Virus record (IMG/VR): IMGVR_UViG_3300020183_000013
Span: 73,576 to 137,575 of that record
DNA from: a virus
Reading direction: 5' to 3' (one strand)
Length of the DNA stretch: 64,000 nucleotides
In this document: positions 47,446-57,240 of the stretch, in pieces
How positions within the stretch are numbered: the first letter of the stretch is position 1
How the letters are laid out: each line of letters starts with the position of its first letter
Position numbers and translations under genes: made by a program
Notes under the pieces: generated by a model
Database searches by the model: none
What the model was told of the DNA's origin: nothing
The model's input: the letters and a program-made list of their open reading frames with translations, nothing else

Positions 47446-48006
47446 ATGTCTGGTACTTACGGCGGCAATCAAATAGGTAATAGAAACTTTTTATCCACAG
47501 TTGGATTTAAGTTTACTTTAAACAGAGCACCAAAAGTTGCTTTTTTAACTAATACTGCAAATATTCCAGGTTTGACTTTGGGAGTTGCAACACGACCAAA
47601 CTATTTGAATGACATTCCAGTTCCCGGTGATAAAATTCAATTTGATGATTTTTCATTAAGATTTTTGGTTGATGAAAATCTTGAAAATTATATGGAAATT
47701 CAAAATTGGATCAGAGGTCTTGGATTCCCAGAGAGCCTCCAACAGATCTATGATTGGCAAAATACTAATGACAAATTTGAACAACCATATAAGTCAGATA
47801 TGAACTTATATTCCGATGGAACCTTGATTGCTTTAAACAGCACACAAAACTTCAACTTTAAGGTTGTGTTTAAATCAATGTTTCCATATATGATGTCTCC
47901 ACTGGAATTTGATGCCACTAATACTGATAATCAGTATTTTACAGCAGATGTAACATTTAAGTATATGGTGTATAATATAGTAGATGCAAACGGAAATAAT
48001 TTATGA
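47446..48006 (+). CDS. gp3: Tail completion protein gp3
   Basis: NRNFLS..GFKF, ANIPG..LG, FLVDENLENY.EI.NW. Confidence 0.88.
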   Translation: MSGTYGGNQIGNRNFLSTVGFKFTLNRAPKVAFLTNTANIPGLTLGVATRPNYLNDIPVPGDKIQFDDFSLRFLVDENLENYMEIQNWIRGLGFPESLQQIYDWQNTNDKFEQPYKSDMNLYSDGTLIALNSTQNFNFKVVFKSMFPYMMSPLEFDATNTDNQYFTADVTFKYMVYNIVDANGNNL

Positions 48007-48440
48007 ATATTGATTTGGATACTATCCAAAAAATGTGGGAAAAAGATTCCAAAATAGATATAGATAATTTGCATACAGAATCTTTGAATATTCCAATCTT
48101 ACACTCAAAATACTATGAGTTGTATAATAATATTCTTCTTTTGAGAAAAAGAGCCGAACAACAAAAAAGAAATGTACGACACGAAAGATATGAATATTAT
48201 TCGGGAAAGGCAGATCCAGAAGTATATCAAGAAGATCCATTTCCCAAAAAAATCAGAGACAAAGATACTCTTCAAAAATATCTAGATGCTGATAATAAAC
48301 TTTCTCAAATATCTTTAAAGGTTGAATATTATGATGTAATGCTTTCGTATATTGAAAGTATTTTAAAGATGATTGCTAATCGAACTTATCAAGTTAAAAA
48401 TGCAATCGAGTATATGAGATTTCAGTCTGGTCTAGGGTAA
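48003..48440 (+). CDS. uvsY: Recombination mediator UvsY
   Basis: W..DS.ID..L..ESL.IP.LHSKY, NR.YQ.KNAIE. Confidence 0.9.
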   Translation: MNIDLDTIQKMWEKDSKIDIDNLHTESLNIPILHSKYYELYNNILLLRKRAEQQKRNVRHERYEYYSGKADPEVYQEDPFPKKIRDKDTLQKYLDADNKLSQISLKVEYYDVMLSYIESILKMIANRTYQVKNAIEYMRFQSGLG

Positions 48441-48469
48441 ATAAATACTCATAGCAATTATTATTGTTT

Positions 48470-49933
48470 ATGAGTGACGTAACAATTCATAAGAAAAATG
48501 AGGTTTACATCAAGTTAGAATGTGAACCTCATATTTTATATGAACTTCAACAGTATTTTACATTTGAAGTTCCAGGTTCTAAGTTTATGTCCCAATATCG
48601 CAACAAACATTGGGATGGACAAATAAAATTGCTATCGGTTCATACGGGAGAAATCTATGCTGGTCTCCTTGATAAAGTCGTTTCAAAGTTAAAAATACAC
48701 GGATATAATTATCAGTTTAAAGATAATAAGTATTACGGCCTTCCATTTGAAGTTAATGAAGAAATATCATTTGAAGGCGTAAAAGATTATATGTCTTCTA
48801 TTTGCACTCACTCTCCTCGGCAGTATCAAATAGAGGGAGTACACGATGCTCTAAAACATAATAGAAAACTATTGATAAGTCCCACTGCATCAGGCAAAAG
48901 TCTGATGATTTATTCGCTCGTAAGGTATTACGTTGATAAGCAGAAAAAAATACTTTTAGTTGTTCCAACGACATCTCTTGTAGAACAAATGTATAAGGAC
49001 TTTTGTGATTACGGATGGGATGCTGATTCATATTGCTATAAAATATATGGAGGAAGAGAAAGAAACAACACTCACCCCGTAACTATTACTACTTGGCAAT
49101 CTATCTATACTCAAGACAAGTCATTTTTTGAAGACTATGAAGTAATTATTGGTGATGAAGCGCACCTTTTTAAAAGTAAGTCTTTGATATCAATTATGAC
49201 TAAGCTTCATCACGCAAAATATCGTTTTGGATTTACAGGTACATTAGATGGAACTCAGACTCATAAATGGGTTCTTGAAGGAGTATTTGGACCATCATAT
49301 AAAGTTACAAGAACTGCAGAATTGATGGAACAAGGCCACGTATCTAAATTAAACATACGTTGTTTAGTCTTAAAGCACAAACCTCAAAAGTTTGAAACGT
49401 TTGAAGATGAAGTTCAATTCATTATAGGAAATGAAAAAAGGAACAAGTTTATAAAAAATCTTGTATTAGATCTAAAAGGAAATACTTTAGTTCTTTTTTC
49501 TAGGATCGAAGCTCACGGTCGACCTTTATATGAATTAATAAATAACAGTGTTGGTGAAAATAGAAAAGTATTTTTTGTTCACGGTGGTGTAGCTACAGTT
49601 GAGAGAGAAGAAATTAGAGAAATTACTGAACGTGAAACGGATGCAATTATCGTTGCTTCATACGGAGTATTTTCGACAGGAATCAACATTCGAAATTTAC
49701 ATAATGTCGTTTTTGCTTCTCCAAGCAAATCTAGAATACGTAATTTACAGTCAATTGGAAGAGTCCTAAGAAAAGGAAAAGATAAGAGTAAAGCAATGTT
49801 GTATGATATATCTGATGATTGTACTTATAACTCAAGAAAAAATTATACACTTAATCACTTCATAGAAAGAATTAAAATTTATAATGAAGAGCAATTCAAT
49901 TATGAAATAATCACTGTAAATTTAAAAGTATGA
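48470..49933 (+). CDS. uvsW: RNA-DNA/DNA helicase UvsW
   Basis: SPTASGKS, DEAH, FTGT, LQSIGRVLR SF2 motifs. Confidence 0.95.
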   Translation: MSDVTIHKKNEVYIKLECEPHILYELQQYFTFEVPGSKFMSQYRNKHWDGQIKLLSVHTGEIYAGLLDKVVSKLKIHGYNYQFKDNKYYGLPFEVNEEISFEGVKDYMSSICTHSPRQYQIEGVHDALKHNRKLLISPTASGKSLMIYSLVRYYVDKQKKILLVVPTTSLVEQMYKDFCDYGWDADSYCYKIYGGRERNNTHPVTITTWQSIYTQDKSFFEDYEVIIGDEAHLFKSKSLISIMTKLHHAKYRFGFTGTLDGTQTHKWVLEGVFGPSYKVTRTAELMEQGHVSKLNIRCLVLKHKPQKFETFEDEVQFIIGNEKRNKFIKNLVLDLKGNTLVLFSRIEAHGRPLYELINNSVGENRKVFFVHGGVATVEREEIREITERETDAIIVASYGVFSTGINIRNLHNVVFASPSKSRIRNLQSIGRVLRKGKDKSKAMLYDISDDCTYNSRKNYTLNHFIERIKIYNEEQFNYEIITVNLKV

Positions 49934-50325
49934 TTGAAGAAGAATTTTATGCAACAATCAAATTAAAAACAGGTGAAGAAATCTTCTGCAAAGCAATGCC
50001 AACAGAAGAAGAGAATGAACTTTTATTGCTTGTAGTGAATCCTGTTATTATTGGTGAAATTAAGAATCGTTCTGGAGATATTATGGGATATAAAATAGAA
50101 CCTTGGTTAAAGACCACTACAGAAGATCTTTTTATAGTTAATATGAACGATGTTTTAACAATGGCAGAATCAAATGATGTTGAAATGATCTCAGTTTATC
50201 AGTCATTTGTTCGTAAGAACAGTAACGTTAAACATAATAAACCAACTTTATCTCGTAAGATGGGATATCTTGCAAACGTTAATGATGCTAAAGATCTCTT
50301 AGAAAAGATCTTTAAAAATAGCTAA
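49930..50325 (+). CDS. Hypothetical protein (Sm-like pattern)
   Basis: ATIKLKTGEEIF..NP..PW motif, similar to ORF 61022-61309. Confidence 0.7.
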   Translation: MIEEEFYATIKLKTGEEIFCKAMPTEEENELLLLVVNPVIIGEIKNRSGDIMGYKIEPWLKTTTEDLFIVNMNDVLTMAESNDVEMISVYQSFVRKNSNVKHNKPTLSRKMGYLANVNDAKDLLEKIFKNS

Positions 50326-50353
50326 GGCCTATCCTTCAAACCTGACAAGGCAG

Positions 50354-50383
50354 ATTATAACAATAATTACAGGGCTATGTCAA
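50354..50383 (-). promoter_or_regulatory. Consensus sigma70 promoter on minus strand (antisense)
   Basis: Minus strand reads TTGACA-N18-TATAAT with extended TG. Confidence 0.6.
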
Positions 50384-50387
50384 GTAC

Positions 50388-50416
50388 TTGTAGTTTGAAA
50401 ATTAAAATGGTATAAT
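50388..50416 (+). promoter_or_regulatory. sigma70-type promoter for gp55
   Basis: TTGTAG-N17-TATAAT with extended TG. Confidence 0.75.
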
Positions 50417-50442
50417 CTATACATAATAAATTAGGTATTCTT

Positions 50443-50940
50443 ATGATAACTACAACGGTAATGACAAAAAGAAGAAGGTCAGAACATTACGTCAATAACA
50501 AAGAGTTTCTTGCAGCACTGATTGAGTATAAAAAGAACGTTGCTCTTGCAGTTGAAAAGGGAGAACCAAAACCAAGAATTACAAATTATCTTGGTGAGTG
50601 TTTTCTTAAGATCGCAACTCACTTATCTTATAAGACCAATTTCATCAATTATATTTTTATTGATGATATGATTTCTGACGGTATTGAAAACTGTGTCCAG
50701 TACATTCACAATTTCAATCCTGAGAAGTCCCAGAATCCTTTTGCATACTTTACTCAAATCATTCACTACGCTTTCCTTCGCCGCATTCAAAGAGAAAAAC
50801 GTCAATTAGAAATTAAAAATAAAATTCTAGAGAGAACTGGGTTTGATGAGGTTTTTGTTGATGACAATACTATTGACGGTGGCAACTATTCAGACTATAA
50901 TTCTATTAAGGAGAATGTCCACATCAAGCTTCGTTATTGA
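50443..50940 (+). CDS. gp55: Late-transcription sigma factor gp55
   Basis: HYVNNKEFL, DMISDGIENC, NPFAYFTQI..AFLRRI. Confidence 0.95.
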   Translation: MITTTVMTKRRRSEHYVNNKEFLAALIEYKKNVALAVEKGEPKPRITNYLGECFLKIATHLSYKTNFINYIFIDDMISDGIENCVQYIHNFNPEKSQNPFAYFTQIIHYAFLRRIQREKRQLEIKNKILERTGFDEVFVDDNTIDGGNYSDYNSIKENVHIKLRY

Positions 50941-51981
50941 ATGAAAGTTGCAATTATTACTGACCAACACTTTGGTGCCAGAAAAAATTCTAAACTTTTT
51001 CACGATTATTTTTTGAAATTCTACAATGACATTTTTTTCCCGACGCTGGAACAGTACGGGATTACAACTGTCATTGATATGGGTGATACATTTGATAGTC
51101 GTAAAGGAATTGATTTTTCAGCACTTTCTTGGGCAAAGAATAATTATTACGACCGTTTGAAAGAGCTTGGTTGTAATGTTATTACTGTTGTAGGAAATCA
51201 TACCGCATATTATAAGAATACCAATCAAATTAATGCTGTTGATTTGCTTCTACGTGAATACAATAACGTAAAAGTTATTTCTGATCCAGAAGAAGTTGTT
51301 GTTGGTAATACAAAGATTCTTTTTCTTCCTTGGATTAACTCTGAGAATGAAGAAAAGTCTTTCAAGATGATTAAAAATACCAAAGCAAAAGTTGCAATGG
51401 GCCATCTTGAACTCTCTGGGTTTTCTCCATATCCAGGTCTAGTTATGGAACACGGAATGGAGGGTAATGTTTTTGATAAATTTGATAGAGTTTTTTCTGG
51501 ACATTATCACACTCGTTCTAATAATGGAAAAATTTTCTATCTAGGAAATCCTTATGAAATTTATTGGAATGATGTAAATGATAAGCGAGGATTTACTATT
51601 TTTGACACCGAAACGTTAGAACACACTCCAGTAGACAATCCATATCAAATGTTTCATATCATTTATTATAATGATACTCCATATCAAACATTTGATACTA
51701 GACAATACAAAGAAAAAATTGTAAAGATTGTAGTAAGAAAAAAATCAGATATTAAAGATTTTGAAAAATTCATTGATAAACTGTATTCTGAAAATATTGC
51801 AGAACTCAAAATCGTAGAAAATTTTCAAATTGAAGATCTAGAAAACTTTGAGGTGTTTGAGTCTGAAAATACATTATCTATTTTGAATAGATATATTCAG
51901 GATGCAGAAATTGATATGGATAAATCCATCGTTCAAAAAATGATTAGCGATATTTACCAGGAAGCTTGCGAAATGGTATAG
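50941..51981 (+). CDS. gp47: Recombination endonuclease subunit gp47 (Mre11-like)
   Basis: TDQHFG, MGDTFD, VGNH, MGH, SGHYH. Confidence 0.94.
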   Translation: MKVAIITDQHFGARKNSKLFHDYFLKFYNDIFFPTLEQYGITTVIDMGDTFDSRKGIDFSALSWAKNNYYDRLKELGCNVITVVGNHTAYYKNTNQINAVDLLLREYNNVKVISDPEEVVVGNTKILFLPWINSENEEKSFKMIKNTKAKVAMGHLELSGFSPYPGLVMEHGMEGNVFDKFDRVFSGHYHTRSNNGKIFYLGNPYEIYWNDVNDKRGFTIFDTETLEHTPVDNPYQMFHIIYYNDTPYQTFDTRQYKEKIVKIVVRKKSDIKDFEKFIDKLYSENIAELKIVENFQIEDLENFEVFESENTLSILNRYIQDAEIDMDKSIVQKMISDIYQEACEMV

Positions 51982-51983
51982 TA

Positions 51984-52262
51984 ATGTATATAATCACATT
52001 AGATGGTAGGGAAGAGGAAGGTGCTTATTCCGTAAAAAACGAAGATGGAGAACAAGTTCTCTATATTTGGGAACACGAGGATGATGCAACAAGATTTGCT
52101 ATGATGCTTGAAGACCGAGACTATCCTGATATGAATGTGATGGAAATTGATGACGAACTAATAATCAAAGCTTGCGAACTTCACGATTATCAATATATTG
52201 TCTTTACACCTGACGATATTGTAATTCCACCTGATCAAAATATTAAAAATGATTTTATTTGA
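51984..52262 (+). CDS. Hypothetical protein (DUF3110-like)
   Basis: EGAYSV..VLYIWE.EDDA.RFA.ML; lies between gp47 and gp46. Confidence 0.7.
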   Translation: MYIITLDGREEEGAYSVKNEDGEQVLYIWEHEDDATRFAMMLEDRDYPDMNVMEIDDELIIKACELHDYQYIVFTPDDIVIPPDQNIKNDFI

Positions 52263-53961
52263 AAAAATTCGTTGGAAAAACTTCCTTTCAACAGGAAATC
52301 AATTTTCGGAAGTTGACTTTCAAAAGTCAGCAACAACATTAATTATTGGTACGAATGGCGCAGGAAAGAGTACTGTTCTTGATGCCATGACTTTTGTGTT
52401 GTTTGGCAAATCATTTCGTGGAATTAACAAACCTCAACTTATCAACTCTACAAATGATAAAGATTGTTTGGTTGAAATTGAGTTCACTGTAGGAAAAACT
52501 TCCTTTAAAGTTCGTCGTGGAATCAAACCAAGTATTTTTGAAATTTATAGAAACGATTCCCTCATTGATCAAAGCTCTTCTGTAGTTGATCAACAGAAGT
52601 GGTTTGAACAAACAATACTAAAAATGAATTATAAATCTTTCACTCAGATTGTGATTCTAGGTAGTAGTAATTTTGTTCCATTTATGCAACTATCTCCTTC
52701 TCATAGAAGAGAGGTAATTGAGGATCTCTTGGATATTAAGATATTCTCTTCTATGAATAATATCATTAAAGATAAGTTAAGATCTCTTAAAGAAAATATC
52801 AGGACTCTTGAACTTAAAAAGGAGTCTCTGGACGATAAAGTTAAAATGCAAAAAAACTTTATTGAAGAACTTGAAAATAGAGGAAAGGAAAATATTAAAA
52901 AAAGTCAAAGTATAATTTCTTCTCTAGATGTAGAAATTGAAACCTTTATGAAAGAGAATGCTCTACTTGAAGAGGATATTTTTGTAAAGCAAAAAAATCT
53001 TGAAGATTATGTTGGGTCTTCGGATAAACTCAGTAAGCTTAATAATCTTAAGGGTAAGATATCACAAAAAGTATCTACGATAGTAAAAGAGCACAAGTTC
53101 TTTAGTGGCAATACGGTATGCCCCACTTGCACACAATCAATCGATGAGTCCTTTAGACTAAATAAAATTGCAGACGCTCAAAATAAGACTAATGAGTTGC
53201 AATCTGGTTACAAAGAACTAGAGGAGGCAATTAAAGAGGAAGAGGATCGTGAGCGTCAATTTACAATTCTCTCGAAAGAGGTTACAAACCTAACGTATGG
53301 CATTTCTCAAAACAATATTAAGATCTCTGGATGTCAACGACAAATCAGAAATCTTGAATCGGAAATTCAAAGAATTACCGAACAACTTGAAAATCGAAAT
53401 ACTGAACATGAAAAGTTAGAGTTGTTTAAGAAAGAACTTCAATCTACATTTGATGATCTTTCTACTCAAAAAGAAACAATTAAATATTACGATTTTTCAT
53501 ACAGTCTTCTAAAAGACGGTGGTGTAAAAACTAAAATCATTAAAAAGTATCTGCCATTAATTAATCAGCAGGTGAACAGATACCTACAAATGATGGACTT
53601 TTACATCAATTTTACTCTAGACGAAGAGTTTAACGAAACAATTCAGTCACCAATTCACGAAGATTTTTCATATAGTTCATTTAGTGAAGGTGAGAAATCT
53701 CGTATCAATCTTTCATTGACATTTGCTTGGAGAGAAGTTGCCAAACTCAAAAATTCAGCCAATGTCAATGTGATTTTCTTTGATGAAGTATTTGATTCAT
53801 CACTCGATGGATTTGGAACTGACGACTTTCTAAAAATTATTAGATATGTCATTAAAGATACTAATGTATTCGTGATCTCTCATAAGAATGGTTTAGAGGA
53901 CAAATTTGAAAGTGTCATAAAGTTTGAGAAGGTTAAAGGTTTTTCTCGTATGGTGGCCTGA
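52249..53961 (+). CDS. gp46: Recombination ATPase gp46 (Rad50-like)
   Basis: GTNGAGKS, CPTC zinc hook, FSEGE, FFDEVFD, ISH. Confidence 0.95.
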   Translation: MILFEKIRWKNFLSTGNQFSEVDFQKSATTLIIGTNGAGKSTVLDAMTFVLFGKSFRGINKPQLINSTNDKDCLVEIEFTVGKTSFKVRRGIKPSIFEIYRNDSLIDQSSSVVDQQKWFEQTILKMNYKSFTQIVILGSSNFVPFMQLSPSHRREVIEDLLDIKIFSSMNNIIKDKLRSLKENIRTLELKKESLDDKVKMQKNFIEELENRGKENIKKSQSIISSLDVEIETFMKENALLEEDIFVKQKNLEDYVGSSDKLSKLNNLKGKISQKVSTIVKEHKFFSGNTVCPTCTQSIDESFRLNKIADAQNKTNELQSGYKELEEAIKEEEDRERQFTILSKEVTNLTYGISQNNIKISGCQRQIRNLESEIQRITEQLENRNTEHEKLELFKKELQSTFDDLSTQKETIKYYDFSYSLLKDGGVKTKIIKKYLPLINQQVNRYLQMMDFYINFTLDEEFNETIQSPIHEDFSYSSFSEGEKSRINLSLTFAWREVAKLKNSANVNVIFFDEVFDSSLDGFGTDDFLKIIRYVIKDTNVFVISHKNGLEDKFESVIKFEKVKGFSRMVA

Positions 53962-53975
53962 ACCACCTAAGAACA

Positions 53976-54197
53976 ATGCAAGTCCCAAACTGGAAGCACC
54001 ATTCTAAAAAAGAACAAAAACGAAAATTAAAACCGCAAGCACTGAGGCAAGCAAAAGCAAGACTAGCCCAGTTCAAAAAGCGTCATATGGGTCGTCCAAA
54101 GGGCGACCTTTCGTTTTATGATGGTCTCATACGAAACGAATCAAATGTCTGTTCGCCACGAAATCAAATCTCAACTTGCGAAACTTCTTGCCACTGA
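53976..54197 (+). CDS. Small basic hypothetical protein
   Basis: PNWKHHSKKEQKRKLKPQALR; 3' part overlaps the next promoter. Confidence 0.6.
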   Translation: MQVPNWKHHSKKEQKRKLKPQALRQAKARLAQFKKRHMGRPKGDLSFYDGLIRNESNVCSPRNQISTCETSCH

Positions 54198-56328
54198 AGA
54201 TTTGGTGGTGGAACATAAGAAAGTTTCTACTGCTTGTTTTAATGTTCATACTCGTGTGTTGACTCTTCCCCTTTGGGAGAAAGCAAGTAACCTTGTCTAT
54301 GATCTTCTTGTGGGGCACGAAGTTGGCCACGCTCTCTTTACTCCTGATGAAGACTGGATTCAAAAACATAAGATTCCTCCTCAATTTGTGAATGTGGTTG
54401 AGGATGCTCGCATCGAGAAACTGATGAAGCGCAAGTATGCTGGACTTGCTAAGACTTTCTTCAATGGATATAAGGAATTAAATGAAGAAGATTTCTTCCA
54501 AGTTTCTGATGAAGATATTTCCACTTTTAATCTTGCTGACCGTGTAAACCTTTACTTCAAGATCGGTAACTTCATCACTCTTGATTTTAAACCTGAAGAA
54601 AAGGAAATCATCAATTTGATTGGTGCGTGTGAAAGTTTTGCGGACGCATTGCTTGCTGCTGAAGAACTTTACAAATACTGCAAGAAGGAAAAGGAGCAAC
54701 AGCAAAAGGTTGCTGACTTCGATTCTCACGAAACTCAAGGAAATTCGCAGTCTCCTGCAGGGGATTTTGTGGAGAGTAATGACTCCTCTTCCGAGCAAGA
54801 AAGTGAGAGTGATAACTCCTCCGAAAAAGAGTCTGAAGAGTCTTATGGCGGCACTGCTCAAGGTGATCAAACACCACTAAGTTCTTCTAATGAGGATGAA
54901 CCCGAAGTTCGTACAGCTGATTCTCTAGAGGATAAGATTCGTGATCTAGTAAATGATAATGGTTATGAGAATGTCTATGTTGAAATTCCTCAAGTAAATC
55001 TTGACACTGTGATTGGTAAAAACTCTGAGGTTCACAAAGATATTAACGATTCATTTACTCATCAACAGAAAATTCACAATGAACACGCTGAGAGGCAAAA
55101 TTATACTCCAGTAAATCTTTACAAGGAATCTGATCTTGACTTTAAGAAGTTTAAGTCTTCTGCTCAGAAAGAAGTAAATTATCTTGTGAAAGAGTTTGAG
55201 TGCCGTAAGGCAGCAGATCAGTATGCTCGTGCATCAACTGCTCGCACAGGTGTTCTTGATACTACTCGTCTTCATACCTACAAATACAATGAAGATTTGT
55301 TCAAGAAAGTTTCTGTGATTCCTGATGGTAAGAATCATGGTTTGGTATTTGTGCTGGACTGGAGTGGTTCTATGTGTGATGTGATGCTTGATACTTGCAA
55401 GCAACTCTTCAACCTTGTTTGGTTCTGTAAAAAAGTTTCTATTCCTTTTGAGGTTTATGCTTTTACTAATGAGTGGCGTCGTGGTGAGTATGATTATGAG
55501 AATGATCGTTATCTCGCAGCCGATCGAACTCCTCACTATCAAAAGAAAGAAAGTTTGATTTGTATTGATGAGACATTTTCTATGATGAATATTCTTACCA
55601 GTAAAGTTTCTGGTAAAGAACTTGAGCATCAAATGTTGAATATCTGGCGTCTCGCTTATTGCTTTGGTAGAACATACACTTCTCCATATACTTATTCCAG
55701 TCGTCTTGCACTTTCTGGAACTCCTTTGAATGAAGCTCTAATTGCTCTACATCAAATTCTTCCTAAATTTCAAAAAGAAAATAAACTGCAGAAGGTGCAG
55801 TGTATTGTCCTAACTGATGGAGAAGCAAATCAACTTGTCTATCACAGGGAGGTGAATCGTCGTTGGGAAAATGGACCAACTCTTGGTACTGGGAATATTA
55901 ATCCGTTGACTACATTTCTTCGTGATCGCAAACTTGGAACTACTTATATGTTTGGTTATGGTTATCACGAATTTACTGATGTCCTTCTCAATAATTTGAA
56001 GGATAAGTTTTCTTCCACAAACTTTATTGGTATTCGTGTTCTTGAAAGTCGCAATGCAAGCAGGTTTATTCAACTTTACCATTCACATAATGATAAAGAG
56101 TATGAAAAAATTCAAAGTGACTGGAAGAAACTAAAGAGTTTTACTATTACTAAGTCTGGTTATGATGCATATTTTGCAATGTCTGCAACTGCACTTTCTC
56201 AGGACACTGAGTTTGAAGTTGAAGAGTGTGCAACTAAGTCACAAATCAAATCTGCATTTGTTAAGTCTTTGAAGACTAAAAAACTGAATAAGAAAGTTCT
56301 AGGTGAGTTCATATCTTTGGTGGCATAA
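54145..56328 (+). CDS. CobT-like protein: HExxH metallopeptidase + VWA domain
   Basis: GHEVGH..NVVEDARIE; acidic linker; LDWSGSM, GTPL, LTDGE MIDAS; TATGAT -10 at 54117. Confidence 0.85.
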   Translation: MSVRHEIKSQLAKLLATEDLVVEHKKVSTACFNVHTRVLTLPLWEKASNLVYDLLVGHEVGHALFTPDEDWIQKHKIPPQFVNVVEDARIEKLMKRKYAGLAKTFFNGYKELNEEDFFQVSDEDISTFNLADRVNLYFKIGNFITLDFKPEEKEIINLIGACESFADALLAAEELYKYCKKEKEQQQKVADFDSHETQGNSQSPAGDFVESNDSSSEQESESDNSSEKESEESYGGTAQGDQTPLSSSNEDEPEVRTADSLEDKIRDLVNDNGYENVYVEIPQVNLDTVIGKNSEVHKDINDSFTHQQKIHNEHAERQNYTPVNLYKESDLDFKKFKSSAQKEVNYLVKEFECRKAADQYARASTARTGVLDTTRLHTYKYNEDLFKKVSVIPDGKNHGLVFVLDWSGSMCDVMLDTCKQLFNLVWFCKKVSIPFEVYAFTNEWRRGEYDYENDRYLAADRTPHYQKKESLICIDETFSMMNILTSKVSGKELEHQMLNIWRLAYCFGRTYTSPYTYSSRLALSGTPLNEALIALHQILPKFQKENKLQKVQCIVLTDGEANQLVYHREVNRRWENGPTLGTGNINPLTTFLRDRKLGTTYMFGYGYHEFTDVLLNNLKDKFSSTNFIGIRVLESRNASRFIQLYHSHNDKEYEKIQSDWKKLKSFTITKSGYDAYFAMSATALSQDTEFEVEECATKSQIKSAFVKSLKTKKLNKKVLGEFISLVA

Positions 56329-56353
56329 ATATATGAAAAGTATTTTTGTAAAA

Positions 56354-57013
56354 ATGCAGTTCCAGGAAGATTACCTTGACGAAAGGACATTAATGAAAAT
56401 GAAAAAGTCTGGGAAATCGGGCACTATGCCCATTCCTGGTTCTGAAGGTGCTGCTAGAAAAGATGTTGCTCGTGCTGGATTTAGAAAAAAAGGTCCAGTA
56501 AGAGAACCTGAAATTGAAAAAAGTGGAAAAGATGTTCCTGTTTGGGTAAGAACTCATAAGTCTCCTGCAGAGTATGCTGCTCATACTGCTAAGAAACAAC
56601 ATAAAGAAGGAGATAAACCACAAAGTAAAGAGTTGAAAAAACAGTTTCATAAGACTGGAGCCAAAAAAGATTCTCCAGTTCACGATATAACTGTCGGTTC
56701 TCCAAAAAAATCAATCAAAGATCCTGGTCAAAAAGCAAGGGCATTTGTGAGTGCTTTGAAAACCACAAAAGAAAAAATGAAAGAAAAGAAAGGAGTTGCA
56801 ACCAATACTCCTACTGCTATTCATTCCACTGGTAAAAAAAGAAAAAGAAGTGATGAGGAAGGTGCTGAGCAGAGAGGCAGAATATATGGTAAACTTGGTA
56901 TGGGAGAAAGAAATCCTAAAACTGGAGTTCAAATGGCTAAACTTAAAGAAGGAAAGACCTTTGCACAATTTATGAGTGAATGTAAAAAATATGAAAACCA
57001 AGTTTCCATTTGA
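56354..57013 (+). CDS. Lys-rich putative head-internal protein
   Basis: Own late box TAAATA 56326-56331; N-terminal FQE/LDE and C-terminal KTFAQFMSE. Confidence 0.65.
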   Translation: MQFQEDYLDERTLMKMKKSGKSGTMPIPGSEGAARKDVARAGFRKKGPVREPEIEKSGKDVPVWVRTHKSPAEYAAHTAKKQHKEGDKPQSKELKKQFHKTGAKKDSPVHDITVGSPKKSIKDPGQKARAFVSALKTTKEKMKEKKGVATNTPTAIHSTGKKRKRSDEEGAEQRGRIYGKLGMGERNPKTGVQMAKLKEGKTFAQFMSECKKYENQVSI

Positions 57014-57176
57014 ACATGTTTTAAAATATGATACCAAAGAAGTATGGATTAAATGCAATGGCAGCACAACTGCTATGGGAGTCCCTGCTTTAGTTAATAA
57101 ATATTACCCAGGGTATATTGGTCGTATTGCCAGTGAAGAGTATCTAAGAGAACTCAAGAACCAGTTGGCAAACTGA
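56991..57176 (+). CDS. Hypothetical protein
   Basis: MKTKFPFEHV..; stop lies inside a degenerate early module. Confidence 0.65.
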   Translation: MKTKFPFEHVLKYDTKEVWIKCNGSTTAMGVPALVNKYYPGYIGRIASEEYLRELKNQLAN

Positions 57177-57215
57177 CCACAGGGGTCCCAAGAGGACCCT
57201 TTTTTCGTTTATAAT
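57158..57215 (+). promoter_or_regulatory. Degenerate early promoter module before CobS-like gene
   Basis: GAACCA-N10-TGACCAC, hairpin GGGTCC..GGACCC, TATAAT 57210-57215. Confidence 0.65.
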
Positions 57216-57240
57216 GACTAGGTTGAAACAAAGCAAACGA

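Noticed and set aside
36866-53961. Introns, inteins or stop-codon reassignment in core genes
   Set aside because: gp17, gp20, gp23, UvsW and gp46/47 are intact and of expected length in the standard code
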